From Ranitomeya imitator (lineage: Eukaryota), in contig NC_091282.1 in the NCBI RefSeq assembly GCF_032444005.1, forward strand, positions 766,506,001 to 766,570,000: a DNA stretch of 64,000 nucleotides, given 5' to 3'. Position 1 is the first letter of the stretch. The number at the start of each line of letters is the position of its first letter. The position numbers and the translations under genes were made by a program. Below the pieces are notes generated by a model. It did no database searches. It saw only the letters and a program-made list of their open reading frames with translations, and was not told the origin of the DNA. Below, one piece after another: positions 34,801-46,800 of the stretch.

Positions 34801-37800
34801 AAGATAAAACTTCAAGACTGGGCCAAGAAATCTTAAGACTGACTTTTGAAAGGTTTTATGGACTGATGAAATGAGTGACTCTTGATGGGCCAGAGGCTGG
34901 ATCAGTAAAGGGCAGAGAGCTCCACTCCAACTCCAGCAAGGTGGAGGTGGGGTACTGGTATGGGCTGGGATCATCAAAGATGAACTTGTGGGGCCTTTTC
35001 GGGTTGAGGATGGAGTGAAGCTCAACTCCCAAACCTACTGCCAGTTTCTCGAAGACAACTTCTTCAAGTAGTGGTACAGGAAGAAGTTGGTATCGTTCAA
35101 GAAAAACATCATTTTCATGCAGGACAATGCTCCATCACATGCCTCCAACTACTCCACAGGGTGGCTGGCCAGTAAAGGTCTCAAAGAAGAAAAAATGACA
35201 TGGCCCCCTTGTTCACCTGATCTGAACCCCATAGAGAACCTGTGGTCCCTCATAAAATGTGAGATCTACAGGAAGGGAAAACAGTACACCTCTCCGAACA
35301 GTGTCGGGGAGGCTGTGGTGGCTGCTGCACGCAATGTTCATCGTAAACAGATCAAGCAACGCGCCTCCCTATCAACCTCTTGGAAATCAGAGCCATCTTC
35401 CTAGCCCTCATCTGCTGGGAGTCTCTCCTTTCAGGGAAACCGGTCCGCATTCAGTCGGACAACGCCACGGCCGTGGCTTACATAAACCATCAGGGAGGGA
35501 CTCTCAGCGCACAAGTCATGGCGGAAGTGGCAAAAATTCTGCGTTGGGCGAGAATCACGTTCCCTCTCTGTCAGCCGTCCAGGGGTGGACAATTGGGAAG
35601 CCAACTTTCTCAGTCGCCAGGGCATCGTGGCGGGCGAGTGGTCTCTTCTCCCCTCAATCTTCAGCCAGATTTGCCAGCGGTGGGGCGTCCCAGACGTCGA
35701 CTTGATGGCCTCCCAGGCAAACCACAAGGTTCCCCAGTACGTCTCCAGATCTCGGGATCCGATGGCCGTCGGATGCGACGCACTTGTGATTCCGTGGACT
35801 CAGTTCCAGATGCCCTATCTGTTCCCACCCCTCCTCTTGATCCCAAGGGTCGTAAAAAAGATCAAGACAGAAGGGGTCCCCGTACGCTTTGTAGCTCCAG
35901 ATTGGCCTTGCAGGGCCTGGTATGCGGAACTGGTGAACATGCTATCGGACGTTCCGTGGAGGCTTCCGGATCGTCCGGACCTTCTTTAGCAGGGGCCCCT
36001 CTTCCACCCGAATTCTCGGTCTCTGAATTTAATGGTATGGCCGTTGAGGCCGCGGTCCTGAAGGACGCGCTTTTTTTCTCATAGCGTCATCCAGACTATG
36101 TTAAGGGCGAGAAAACCGGCTTCCTCACGTATTTATAACAGGTGTTGGAAGGCCTTTTTCTGGTGGTGTCAGGACAACAATCTGTTTCCTATGACCTTTT
36201 CCCCTCCATATTTTCTCAGTTTCCTTCAAGCGGGTCTAGATTCGGGTCTTTCCCTTAGCACCTTGAAGGGTCAGATTTCCGCTCTGTCCGTTCTTTTTCA
36301 AAGAGACCTGGCCTCCCTGCCTCAGGTGCGGACCTTCATCAAGGGGGTCGCTCATATAGCTCCCCCTTATCTTCCTCCTGTCGAGCCTTGGGACCTCAAC
36401 CTCGTTTTGGACGCCCTCCAGCGTGCGCCCTTTGAACCGATTCAGGACATTTCCTTCTCGTTTGTATCCTGGAAGATGGCCTTTTTGGTCGCCATCACCT
36501 CCATTAGAAGAGTGTCGGAGCTGGCGGCCTTATCCTGTCGTTCTCCCTTTCTAGTCCTGCATCAGGACAAAGTGGTTCTTCGTCCGGTTCCTCCCTTTCT
36601 ACCAAAGGTGGTATTGGCTTTTCACATCAATGAGGACATTGTCCTCCGTTCCTTGTGCCCTTCCCCGCTTCATCCCTTGGAGAAATCTCTTCACAAGTTT
36701 GATGTGGTCAGGGCTATCCGAATTTATCTCGCCAGAACTGCCTCTTTTCGTCAGGCCGATTCTATGTTCATCGTCTCGGAAGGGTGGCGAAAGGGGCTCC
36801 CCGCCTCCAAGTCCACAATTGCTTGTTGGATCTGTTCGGCGGTTCTGGAGTCATACAGTGTTCAAGACGAACGGCCTCCGTCGGGAGTGAGGGCTCACTC
36901 TACCCGGGCTGTGGGAGCTTCCTGGGCAGTTCGTCACCAAGCTTCAGTCTCGCAGGTTTGCAAGGCCGCAACGTGGTCATCCATTCACACCTTTGTCAAA
37001 TTCTACAAGGTGCATACTCGGGCTTCTGCGGATGCGAGCCTGGGTAGGAGGATACTGCGGCGGCGGTTTCTGACCGGCCAACCTAACTCCTCTTTTTCTG
37101 CAGAATATCCCGCCCTAGGGACTGCTTTTGGACGTCCCATGGTTACCTGTGTCCCCCAATGAGGCGAGAAAGAAAGAGGGATTTTTGGTTCTTACAGTAA
37201 AATCTCTTTCTTGGAGCCTTCATTGGGGGACATAGCACCCTCCCTTGAAGTTGTACCGTGTTGGCTAACGTGCCGTTGTTGTGGGTTGGTACATAGGTTG
37301 AGTTTTATGTTACCTGTTCCTACTACTGCTTTTGCACCAACTGAGTTGCCTGGTGCCTGTCGGAGGGTGTATACTGCCGGGGAGGAGCTACTTCTTTATT
37401 TGCATAGTGTCAGCCTCCTAGTGACAGCAGCATACACCCATGGTTTTTTTTTATCAGATAAATTTTTATTGAACATAATAAATGTTATCTATTCATACAA
37501 CAAAGTGCATTTGTGTTTTTCATTTTAACAAGAAAATATACCCCTTCTCCCCCCTCCCTCCTTCAGATAACCAACCCCAACTTTCCCCCCTCCTCCCCAA
37601 GAAGATCATTTTTATTACAGACAAATTGTATTATTAACATTATTTACCACAACCTCTTAATCATTCCCATTTAGCCATGGCTGCCATAGCTTTTGAAAAA
37701 TACACCCATGGTTACCTGTGTCCCCCAATGAAGGCTCCAAGAAAGAGATTTTACTGTAAGAACCAAAAATCCCTCTTTTTGGGGGTTTTGTTTTTGCATG

Positions 37801-40800
37801 TTAGAAATCTTTATTTCTAAATTTTGTGCAGTTATATTGGTTTACCTGGTGAAAATAAACAAGTCAGATGGGAATATATTTGTTTTTTATTAAGTTGCCT
37901 AATAATTCTGCACAGTAATAATTACCTGCACAAACAGATATCCTCCTAAGAGAGCCAAATCTAAAAAAAACCACTCCAACTTCTAAAAATAAGCTTTGAT
38001 ATTTGAGTCTTTTGGGTTGATTGAGAACATAGTTGTTGATCAAAAATAAAAATAATCCTCTAAAATACAACTTGCCTAATAATTCTGCACGCAGTGTATT
38101 ATAAGTAACTTTTTTTTCCCTTCACCCATGATGGCACACCTGAGAGAGAGAGAGATCCGCCCAGCCAGGACAGGAAACTGAAAATAAAGGGGTGGTACCT
38201 CTCCCTCGCTTCAGTTGGGTTTCCTGTCCTGACCCTCATGCTGGAAATGGCAGTTGAAAGACCTTTCTTTATCCACTCACCCACGCCTGTCCTGGCACTG
38301 GAAGAACAGGCAGAGAGCTTGTATGCCGGCCTTCAGGTGGTGGAAGCGCCATCCATGGGTCCGGTGGGGCCTTGACTCACGCGCAGGTATAGGGCGGTGC
38401 AGTCAGGGGTCCTGTGACTCTTCTGCGGCCGCCGCGCCACTCTCCCTCCTCTGCTTGCTGTCCACTGCTCCATAGTGAGCCGGGCTTCCGGGGAGCGCGC
38501 TGCTGATGTTGCACGCTGGGAATGGGCGCGCCCGCATGACGTCAGTGGGTGTGCACCAGAACCAAGATGGTGGCGCCCATGGCGAAAATGCCGGTCAGGG
38601 CATGTGGATTCTGTACGCATCCCGGCGGAAGGGGTGAGGGCATAGATGGGCGGCAGAAAGCAGTGGATCCCTCTTAGAAGGGGGGGATGACCACAGAAGA
38701 GGCGCTCGTATCCGAAGCTCCCCATTATGGAGAAATGTGGTGGACAGCAGAAGCTCTCACCAGGTTCCATGCCTAGTCACCAGCTGGGGCGCACTGAGGA
38801 GCAGTCGCTCGACTGGCAGCCGTCCCGTCCAGAGGTCGCTGGACTACTTCGTATTCAGGAGGGACGTTGTTCGTACCCCTGATCAACCTCCGAATCCGGT
38901 ACCCTTGATTGACAGTGGGTGGTGAGTGATCTACGACCATGTCATCTTTGTTTTAAAGGTGGGCCATTTTATGCTTTTATCACCAGTGGCTGAGGAAGGC
39001 TAGCACCAAAGTAAAGAATAAAGAATGTGCCCTTTGCAAAACCCCACTGGCAGTTCAGTGGCCAAGGATCTATTCGCTGACTGTATACAAAATAACAATA
39101 CGGGAAGAGACCCCCGACACTTGGCCACAAGCCTTAGGGCCATGATCAGGGTGGAAGTAAAAGGTTCCCTGAAGTCAGCCTTGAAAAAGGGAGGCTGAGG
39201 CCTCACAATCCGATGGGGAATATCACGGGGAATCCCATTCTTCCTCCTCCCCATCCTCCTACTCCTCCTCGAACGGTGATGTAGGCGTCCGACCTTGCTT
39301 TCCGGCCGATGACACGGATAGACTGGTTAGGGCAGTCAGGTCTACAATGGGCATAAAGGAGGAGAAGACAACTAAATCCTTAGAGGATGTTATGTTTGGG
39401 GGCCTGGAGGAAAAAGGAAGCGCACCTTTCCAGTAAATTCTAGGGTAAAAGTGCTTATAGAAAAGGAGTGGAAGAAGCCAGAGAAGTCTGGTAGCCTCCC
39501 CTCGTCTTCCAAAAGTAGATACCCCTTTAAGGAAAGGGACTCTGAGAGTTGGGTTAAAATCCCTGAGATCGATGGGGCAGTGGCTATGTCCTCTAAAAAA
39601 AAATTGTCCCTGCCTCTAGAGGACTCCGGCATGCTAAGAGATCCATTAGACAAAAAATCATATGGATCCCTGAGGCACACCTGGGAGGCAGCCGCAGGGG
39701 GTCTGAAATCGGCAATAGCCGGGACTTGTACTACCCGCTCCCTTATGGTCTGGCTGTAGCAGATAGAGGAACAGCTGAGAGGTAAGGTTCCAAGAGAGGA
39801 GATCTTGGCCAATATGACTCTGGTGCAAGGGGCAGCGGCCTTCCTAGCAGACTCCTCAGCAGATTCGTTAAGGCTGGCTGCTGGTGCGGCATACCTATCC
39901 AATGCGGCTAGACGGCCTTGTGGCTAAAAGGGTGTCCGGGTGACCTGCCTTTGAAAAATAGACTCTGCTCCATTCTGTGTGTCGGTCAGTTTCTCTTTGG
40001 TCAGAAGCTGGAGGACATCTTGGAGAAGATGGGGGATAAAAAGAAGGGGTTTCACCATTTCCTGGGGGAGACCATGCAACCTTCTTTAAGGAGGAGAAAA
40101 TTTAAAGAGGTCGTTCCCCTGGAGAAAAGAAGAGCTGGGACTTCAAAGACAGAAAGTGGTCGAGTTATATGTTTAGAGGACCCTCTACATCGTCAAAAAA
40201 GCCCCCCCAATGACGATAGGTCAGAGGTAGGGGGAAGACGCTCTTTCTCCCTGCCTGGGTGAACATCTCCCCCAGTCATTGGGTCCTGAGTGTCATCAGA
40301 GACGGCCTAATGATACTTTGTCTGTCCACCCCGACAGACTTTTGTGTTAACACCCCTCAGGAAGTCTCCAGGAGAACAACTAGTCCTGGAGGCGGAAGTT
40401 TTGGGACTGGTGCAAAAGCAGGTTCTACGAGAAGTCCCGAGGGAAGAGGAAAGAAGGGGCTTTTATTCCCCCCTCTTTTTGCTACAAAAGCCAAATGGTT
40501 CTTTGAGAACTATTGTCAATCTGAGGAAGCTTAACCGGTTGGTTGTGAATTACTCCTTCAAGATGGAGTTGGTAAACACAGCTATAAAGCTATTGTTTCG
40601 GGACTGCTTCGTGGCAGTCATAGACTTGAAACATGCCTATTACCACATCCCAATCCATCGGGACCATCAAAAGCTCCTAAGGGTTGCTCTGTATATCCAG
40701 GGACAGGTTAGGCACTACCAGTATGCAGCTCTCCCATTCGGTCTGTCAGTAGCTCCAAGGGTGTTTACCAAGGTCATGTCGGAGGTGATGTCCTACCTTC

Positions 40801-43800
40801 GTTCTCGGGACGGTCTCATCCCGTACCTTTATGACTTCCTTATAGTTGGGAGGTCGGAGGATCACTGTGTAGACCAGGTGAAGGAAGTGACTATGGCCCT
40901 AAAGGAGCTAGGCAGGGTGGTAAATGCCCTCAAGTCAAGGCTAGCACCGGAAAAAATACAATCCTTCCTCGGGTTCGTTCTGAACTCCGAGTGCCGGCTT
41001 TGTCTCCTACCAGAGAACAAAATAGTCAATAATGGGACTGGCACTGTCAGCAATACAGCAGCCTGTAATGACATTGAGCTTGGTGATGTCCCTGCTAGGA
41101 TCCCTAACATCCTGTATACCAGCAGTAGGTTGGGCACAATTTCACTTAAGGTAGCTACAGTGGGAGGTCCTGACGGCACAGATCATTGAAAGGACATTTA
41201 GAGAGAAAAATACATCTTTCCTTAGTGGTAAGAGATTCCCTGACCTGGTGGACTGTAAGGGAACATTTGGCATCTATGGTCCAGTGGTTGAGGCTGGTAG
41301 AGGATGTGATCACGACAGACGCAAGTGGTGGAGCACATCTAAGATTCCACTCAGTGCAGGGAACCTGGTCTTCTCTAGAAGGGGATCAAGGTTCAAACGT
41401 AAAGGAACTGTGGATTGTGGAAAGGGCCTTAAGACATTTCTCCCCTTCCTTCAGGGTCGCCATGCCCGGGTCATGTCGGACAATCGTGCGGTGGTGGCTT
41501 ATATCAACCACCAAGGGGCAACAAGGTGCCAATCCCCTACGGGGGCAGCCAGCATCCTTTTCCAGCTAGCGGAACAACACCTGCTATCTCTCACGGCACT
41601 TCACATAAGGGGTATAGAAAACACAAAGGCAGACTACCTGAGTCGCAAGAAACTGAAACAAGGGGAATGGTATCTAAACCCTTGAGTGTTCCAACAAATA
41701 GTGCAGGCTTGGGGCAGGCCAGACATAGACCTGTTTGCCAGTTTTTACACAACGGGAAGGTGAAGAACTTCTGCTCGTTAGATCTGAGAGAGAATCCGTT
41801 TGCGGTAGATGCCCTTCAAATGCCCCGGGTTTTCCCCGATAGGAATGATTCCAGCGGTCGTGAGGAGGATCAGAGAGGATCGAGCGAGTGTGATTCTCAT
41901 TGCTCCATTTTGGCCGAGGAGACCATGGTTCTCCCTTCTAAGGTGGATGTCTGTTACCAATCCATGGATTCTACCAGAGATTCCGGACCTACTTACCCAG
42001 GGACCAGTGTGCAACTCTCAAGTGAAGTGTGTCAAACAGAAATCAGTCCCAGGAGCGCTGAAGGAAACTCAGACAACATATGTCGTTTGCCATAACGCGT
42101 TTCAACGGTAAACACCGTCTTCTTCAGGTGGGAGTTTTTGACACACATTCTTATCCTCCTTTGGAGGTATTCAGCTGGAGCTGCGGTGGTGCTCGACAAC
42201 TCCCTTTCATCTCCCCTTCCCTGGGTCAATTCCTCTGCGCTCCCCTCTGACTGCTTTCACTTATCTTACTCTCAAGTGAAGGGCTTCCAACTGGCAGCAT
42301 GGAATTTGAGAGGGTGTTACTGAGTCGACAGGGGTTCTCACCAGGGCTAGTCTCCACCCTGTTGAAGAGTAGGAAACCTATTACATCAAAAATCTATGGT
42401 AGAACATGGAAGTTTTTATGGCAACCTTTGGGGGATGATGCTCCGGTAGGGGCTATTTTAGAATTTCTACAGTCGGGATTGCAACTAGGGTTAGCAACTA
42501 ATACTCTCCAGGTACAGGAGTCGACCTTGGGTGCCTTGTATAATTGCAACCTAGCATCCAATAAGTGGGTGTCACGGTTTATTAAATCCTGTAGTAGATC
42601 TAGACCGGTTATAGTTCTGAAAATTCCTCCATGGGATCTGAAACTAGTTTTAGAGGCACTAACTAGGGATCCGTTCGAGCCCTTACAGGAGTTGTCGGCA
42701 AAATTCCTCACGATTAAAACGGTGTTGCTAGTGGCCTTAACATCAGCCCGTAGGGTGAGTGATATACAAGCCCTGTCTATTTGCCCCCCATACACAAGTG
42801 TTTGAGGACAGGGTCGTTCTAAGGCCAGATCTGGTCTTAGAACGACCATCTCCCCAAAGTAGTTCTTAAATTCCATAGGAGCCAGGAAATCACCTTGCCC
42901 TCATTCTGTAATGACCCTAAAAATCCAGGGGAGAAAAAATTCCATACTTTAGACGTGAGGAGGTCCATGTTAGAATACATGTCCATGACTAGTCAATGGA
43001 GGAAGATCAGTCTCTATTTGTTGCCTTCCAGGGTAGCAGAAAGGGGTAGAGGGTATATAAAAGTACCTTTGCCAGATGGATCAGGGAGGCCATTAGCTTG
43101 TCCTACTCTGCGAGTGGCGCTTCCGTTCCTGAAGGCATCAAGGCTCACTCCACCAGAGCTGTGGCTCCTTCCTGGGCAGAAAAGGCGGACTTATCTATTC
43201 ATCAGATCTGTAAGGCTGCTACCTGGTCCTCACCATCTACCTTCTTTAAACACTACCGACTGAATCTGTCCTCGTCGACTGATCTAACCTTTGGTAGAAA
43301 GGTGCTGCAAGCGGTGGTCCCTCCCTAAGGTGTTTTCATTTCTCAAAAAATCTCTCAGGTGTGCTGTCATGGGTGAAGGGAAAACCAAGGTTACTTACCC
43401 CTAGCCGGTTTTTCCAGAACCCATGACAGCACCCATCTATTCACCCCCCCTTTTTTCACTCCTTTGGTGTGCACTATAGTATGGGTGCCTTTTGTTAATA
43501 TAATGTGGTGATAGTTTTGACATGTGAACTAACCAAGGGGCTTCTCATGCTCTGCAAACCAACTGAAGCGAGGGAGAGGTACTGCCCTCTTATTTTCAGT
43601 AGGTTTCCTGTCCTGGCTGATCCCTCTCAGGTGTGCTGTCATGGGTTCTGGATAAAAAAACGGCTACCGGTAAGTAACCTTGGTGTTTTGCTTTTATAAT
43701 TACATATTCGGCTTATTAGAAATATTTAGAAACATATTCTCAAATATTTCCATTTTGTTTTCTCTTATTAATTATCATATGTACACCCCAAAGTGACATC

Positions 43801-46800
43801 CATTTCCTGTGTATTTATAGTGTGTAATCAATGAAGCTCCTGGGAGGACGAGAGTCGTTATGTAGGAAATCTCTTGTCATAATCTTATTTGAGAATTATA
43901 TAAGACTAGATGGCAGCCCGATTCTAAAGAATCGGGAGTCTAGAATCCATATATACTTTATTTATTCAAATGTAAGAATAATACAATTAATAAATAGTAA
44001 GAAAGAACAAAAATAATAGGCAGTATATGGAGAAAACACCAAACAAAAGTTCAAAATTGGTGTGAAAATGTCACTGAACCACTTCACAACTAAATATATA
44101 TAGTTTTGGTAAATGGTATTATCATTTTTTTGACGAAATTCGGCAGGAGCTTGAAGAGCAACGTCACTGGGCCCGCCTCCACGCAGTAGAAACTTGCTGT
44201 GAGGTAAAAATTCAAAAATCACACCAAAATGGCGGGCGGAGTGTGTCACAGTACGGCACGTTTCTGATTGGTTGCCGCCTGCTGCGAGCGACCAATCAGA
44301 CACTGGACACTGTTGACGTCACTTATCTCCGGACATTAGCTCCGCACATTAGCTCCGGACATTAGCTCCGCACATTAGCTCCGCACATTAGCTCCGCACA
44401 TTAGCTCCGCACATTAGCTCCGCACATTAGCTCCGCACATTAGCTCCGGACAAAGCCACGGAAGTTGGCAGAAATTGCAGGAAGTAGTATTCTAGGCAAT
44501 TATATATTAGATTGTCAGAAAACGATGTTACCAGGAAAATGCCTACACTGTTTTGAACGGCTGGCGGTTCTTTACCCCCCTTCTTATTTTACGTTTTTTT
44601 TGTGTTTTAGGATGCCTTGTTTTTCTTGAAAGATTTCTTCTCAAGTCTTTCTGCAGAAGTGGAAATATTGGTGACTCCAGATCCTGAGGGTAAGTTCTGT
44701 ATTATTCTTGTACCTAGGGGGCAGTATTGTATTAGTTTTATTCTAGTTCATAGGACCAGTATTATAGTAATGTTCTTGTACATAGGGAGCAATATTATAG
44801 TAGTTATATTCTTCTACATAGGAGCAGTACTATAGTACCGTATATACTCGAGTATAAGCCGACACCCCCCTTAATTTTGCCACAAAAAACTGGGAAAACT
44901 TAATGACTCGAGTATAAGCCTAGGGTGGAAAATGCAGCAGCTACTGGTAAATTTCAAAAATAAAAATTGATACCAATAAAAGTAAAATTAATTGAGACAT
45001 CAGTAGGTTAAGTGTTTTTGAATATCCATATTGAATCAGGAGCCCCATATAATGCTCCATAAAGTTTGATGGGCCCCATTAAATGCTCCATATTAAAATA
45101 TGCCCCATATAATCCTGCATAAAGGTTAATAATGGCCCCATAAGATGCTCCATACAGACACTTGCCCCTTATAGTGCTGCAAAATCGTTATGGCCCCATA
45201 CAGATGCTCCATACAGTCACTACCCCTTATAGTGCTGCACAATCGTTATGGCCCCATACAGATGCTCCGTACAGCCACTGCCGCTTATAGTGCTGCACAA
45301 TCGTTATGGCCCCATACAGATGCTCCATACAGTCACTTGCCCCTTATGCTGTGGCTGCGATAAAAAAAAAAAAAAAATCATATACTCACCTCTCCATTGC
45401 TCAGGACCCCCGTCACTTTTACCTGCTCCTCGTTCGGGTGCGGCTCCGTCCTCAGCACTCGAGTATAAGCCGAGAGGGGGACTTTCAGCCCAAAAAAATG
45501 GGCTGAAAATCTCGGCTTATACTCGAGTATATACGGTAGTTATATTCTTGTCCATAGGGAGCAGTATTATAGTAGGTATATTCTTGTACATAGGAGCAGT
45601 ATTATAGTAGCTATATTCTTAGCAATATTATAGTAGTTATATTCTTGTACATATCGGCAGTATTATAGTAATTATATTCTTGTACATAGGAGCAGTATTA
45701 TAGTAGTTATATTCTTGTACATAGGAGCAGTGTTATAGTAGTTATATTCTTGTACATAGGGGCAGTATTATAGTAGTTATATTCTTTTACATAGGGGGCA
45801 GTATTATAGTAATTATATTCTTGTACATAGGAGCAGTATTATAGTAGTTATATTCTTGTACATAGGAGCAGTATTATAGTAGTTAAATTCTTGTACATGG
45901 GAGCAGTATTATAGTAGTTATATTCTTATACATAGATGCAGTATTATAGTAGCTATATTCTTAGCAATATTATAGTAGTTTTATTCTTGTACATAGGAGC
46001 AGTATTATAGCAGTTATATTCTTGTACATAGGCACCAGTATTGTAGTAGGCATATTCTTGTATCTAGGGGCAGTATTTGTAGGTTTTTTTGCTCTTTTTT
46101 TTTTTTTTTTACTTCACACTTTCTTGCAGTTAAAAGATCTCCAGGATCTGACGTCACCTGCACTTTACCAAAGCATCTGACCCTCCAAGAACGAATCCCT
46201 GTAATTTCATTTATTAGACAGAATCAGCCGGTCAGAAATGGTGATGTGACTTGTACAGAGTTTGGCGATGAGTCTATCGGTGACGTCTCCTCGTTCGATG
46301 ACCAGCCCGTGTTTTTCCGGTGTGTGACATCTGACTGTCGATCATCATCTAGTTTTCGTCTCTCTGCACATCTAACATTTATTTTTGTTATCCAGGGAGT
46401 TCAGATTCACCTCTGAAGTTCCTATAAGACTGGATTATCATGGGAAGCACGTCTCAATGGATCAGGTACGTGTTGCTGTATAAGCCGTATACGTTATTAG
46501 ATGTGATGCTCCCCCCTTAACAAGCCAAAAGTTGGATCAAATGGTTCAACTTATCAAGTATCTTGAGGAGTGCAGCATCACAAAGTAATATGCCAAAAAA
46601 ACATCAAAGAGAAATGTTAGTGCCAAGAAAGTAGGTATAGTACTACACATACAGCTCTGGCAAAAATTGAGACCACTGCAAAATTTTCAGTTTGTCTGAT
46701 TTTTCTCTTTATAGGTATATTTTTGAGTAAAATGTAAATTGTTCTTTTAATCCATAAACTGACACCATGTCTCCGAAGTTGCATGCAATAAATTTTGTAT

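Larger units (their letters stand above)
34249..38096 (+). mobile_element. Degenerate Tc1 transposon carrying a nested DIRS remnant
   Basis: TA|CACTGCGTGCAGAATTATTAGGCAAGTTG ... CAACTTGCCTAATAATTCTGCACGCAGTG|TA; broken transposase from 34467 with FMQDNAPSH and [11 protein letters not shown]. Confidence 0.93.

Noticed and set aside
44326-46076. 13-bp and 35-bp repeats as CRISPR-like arrays
   Set aside because: The units are directly adjacent with no unique spacers, there are no cas genes, and the context is eukaryotic.
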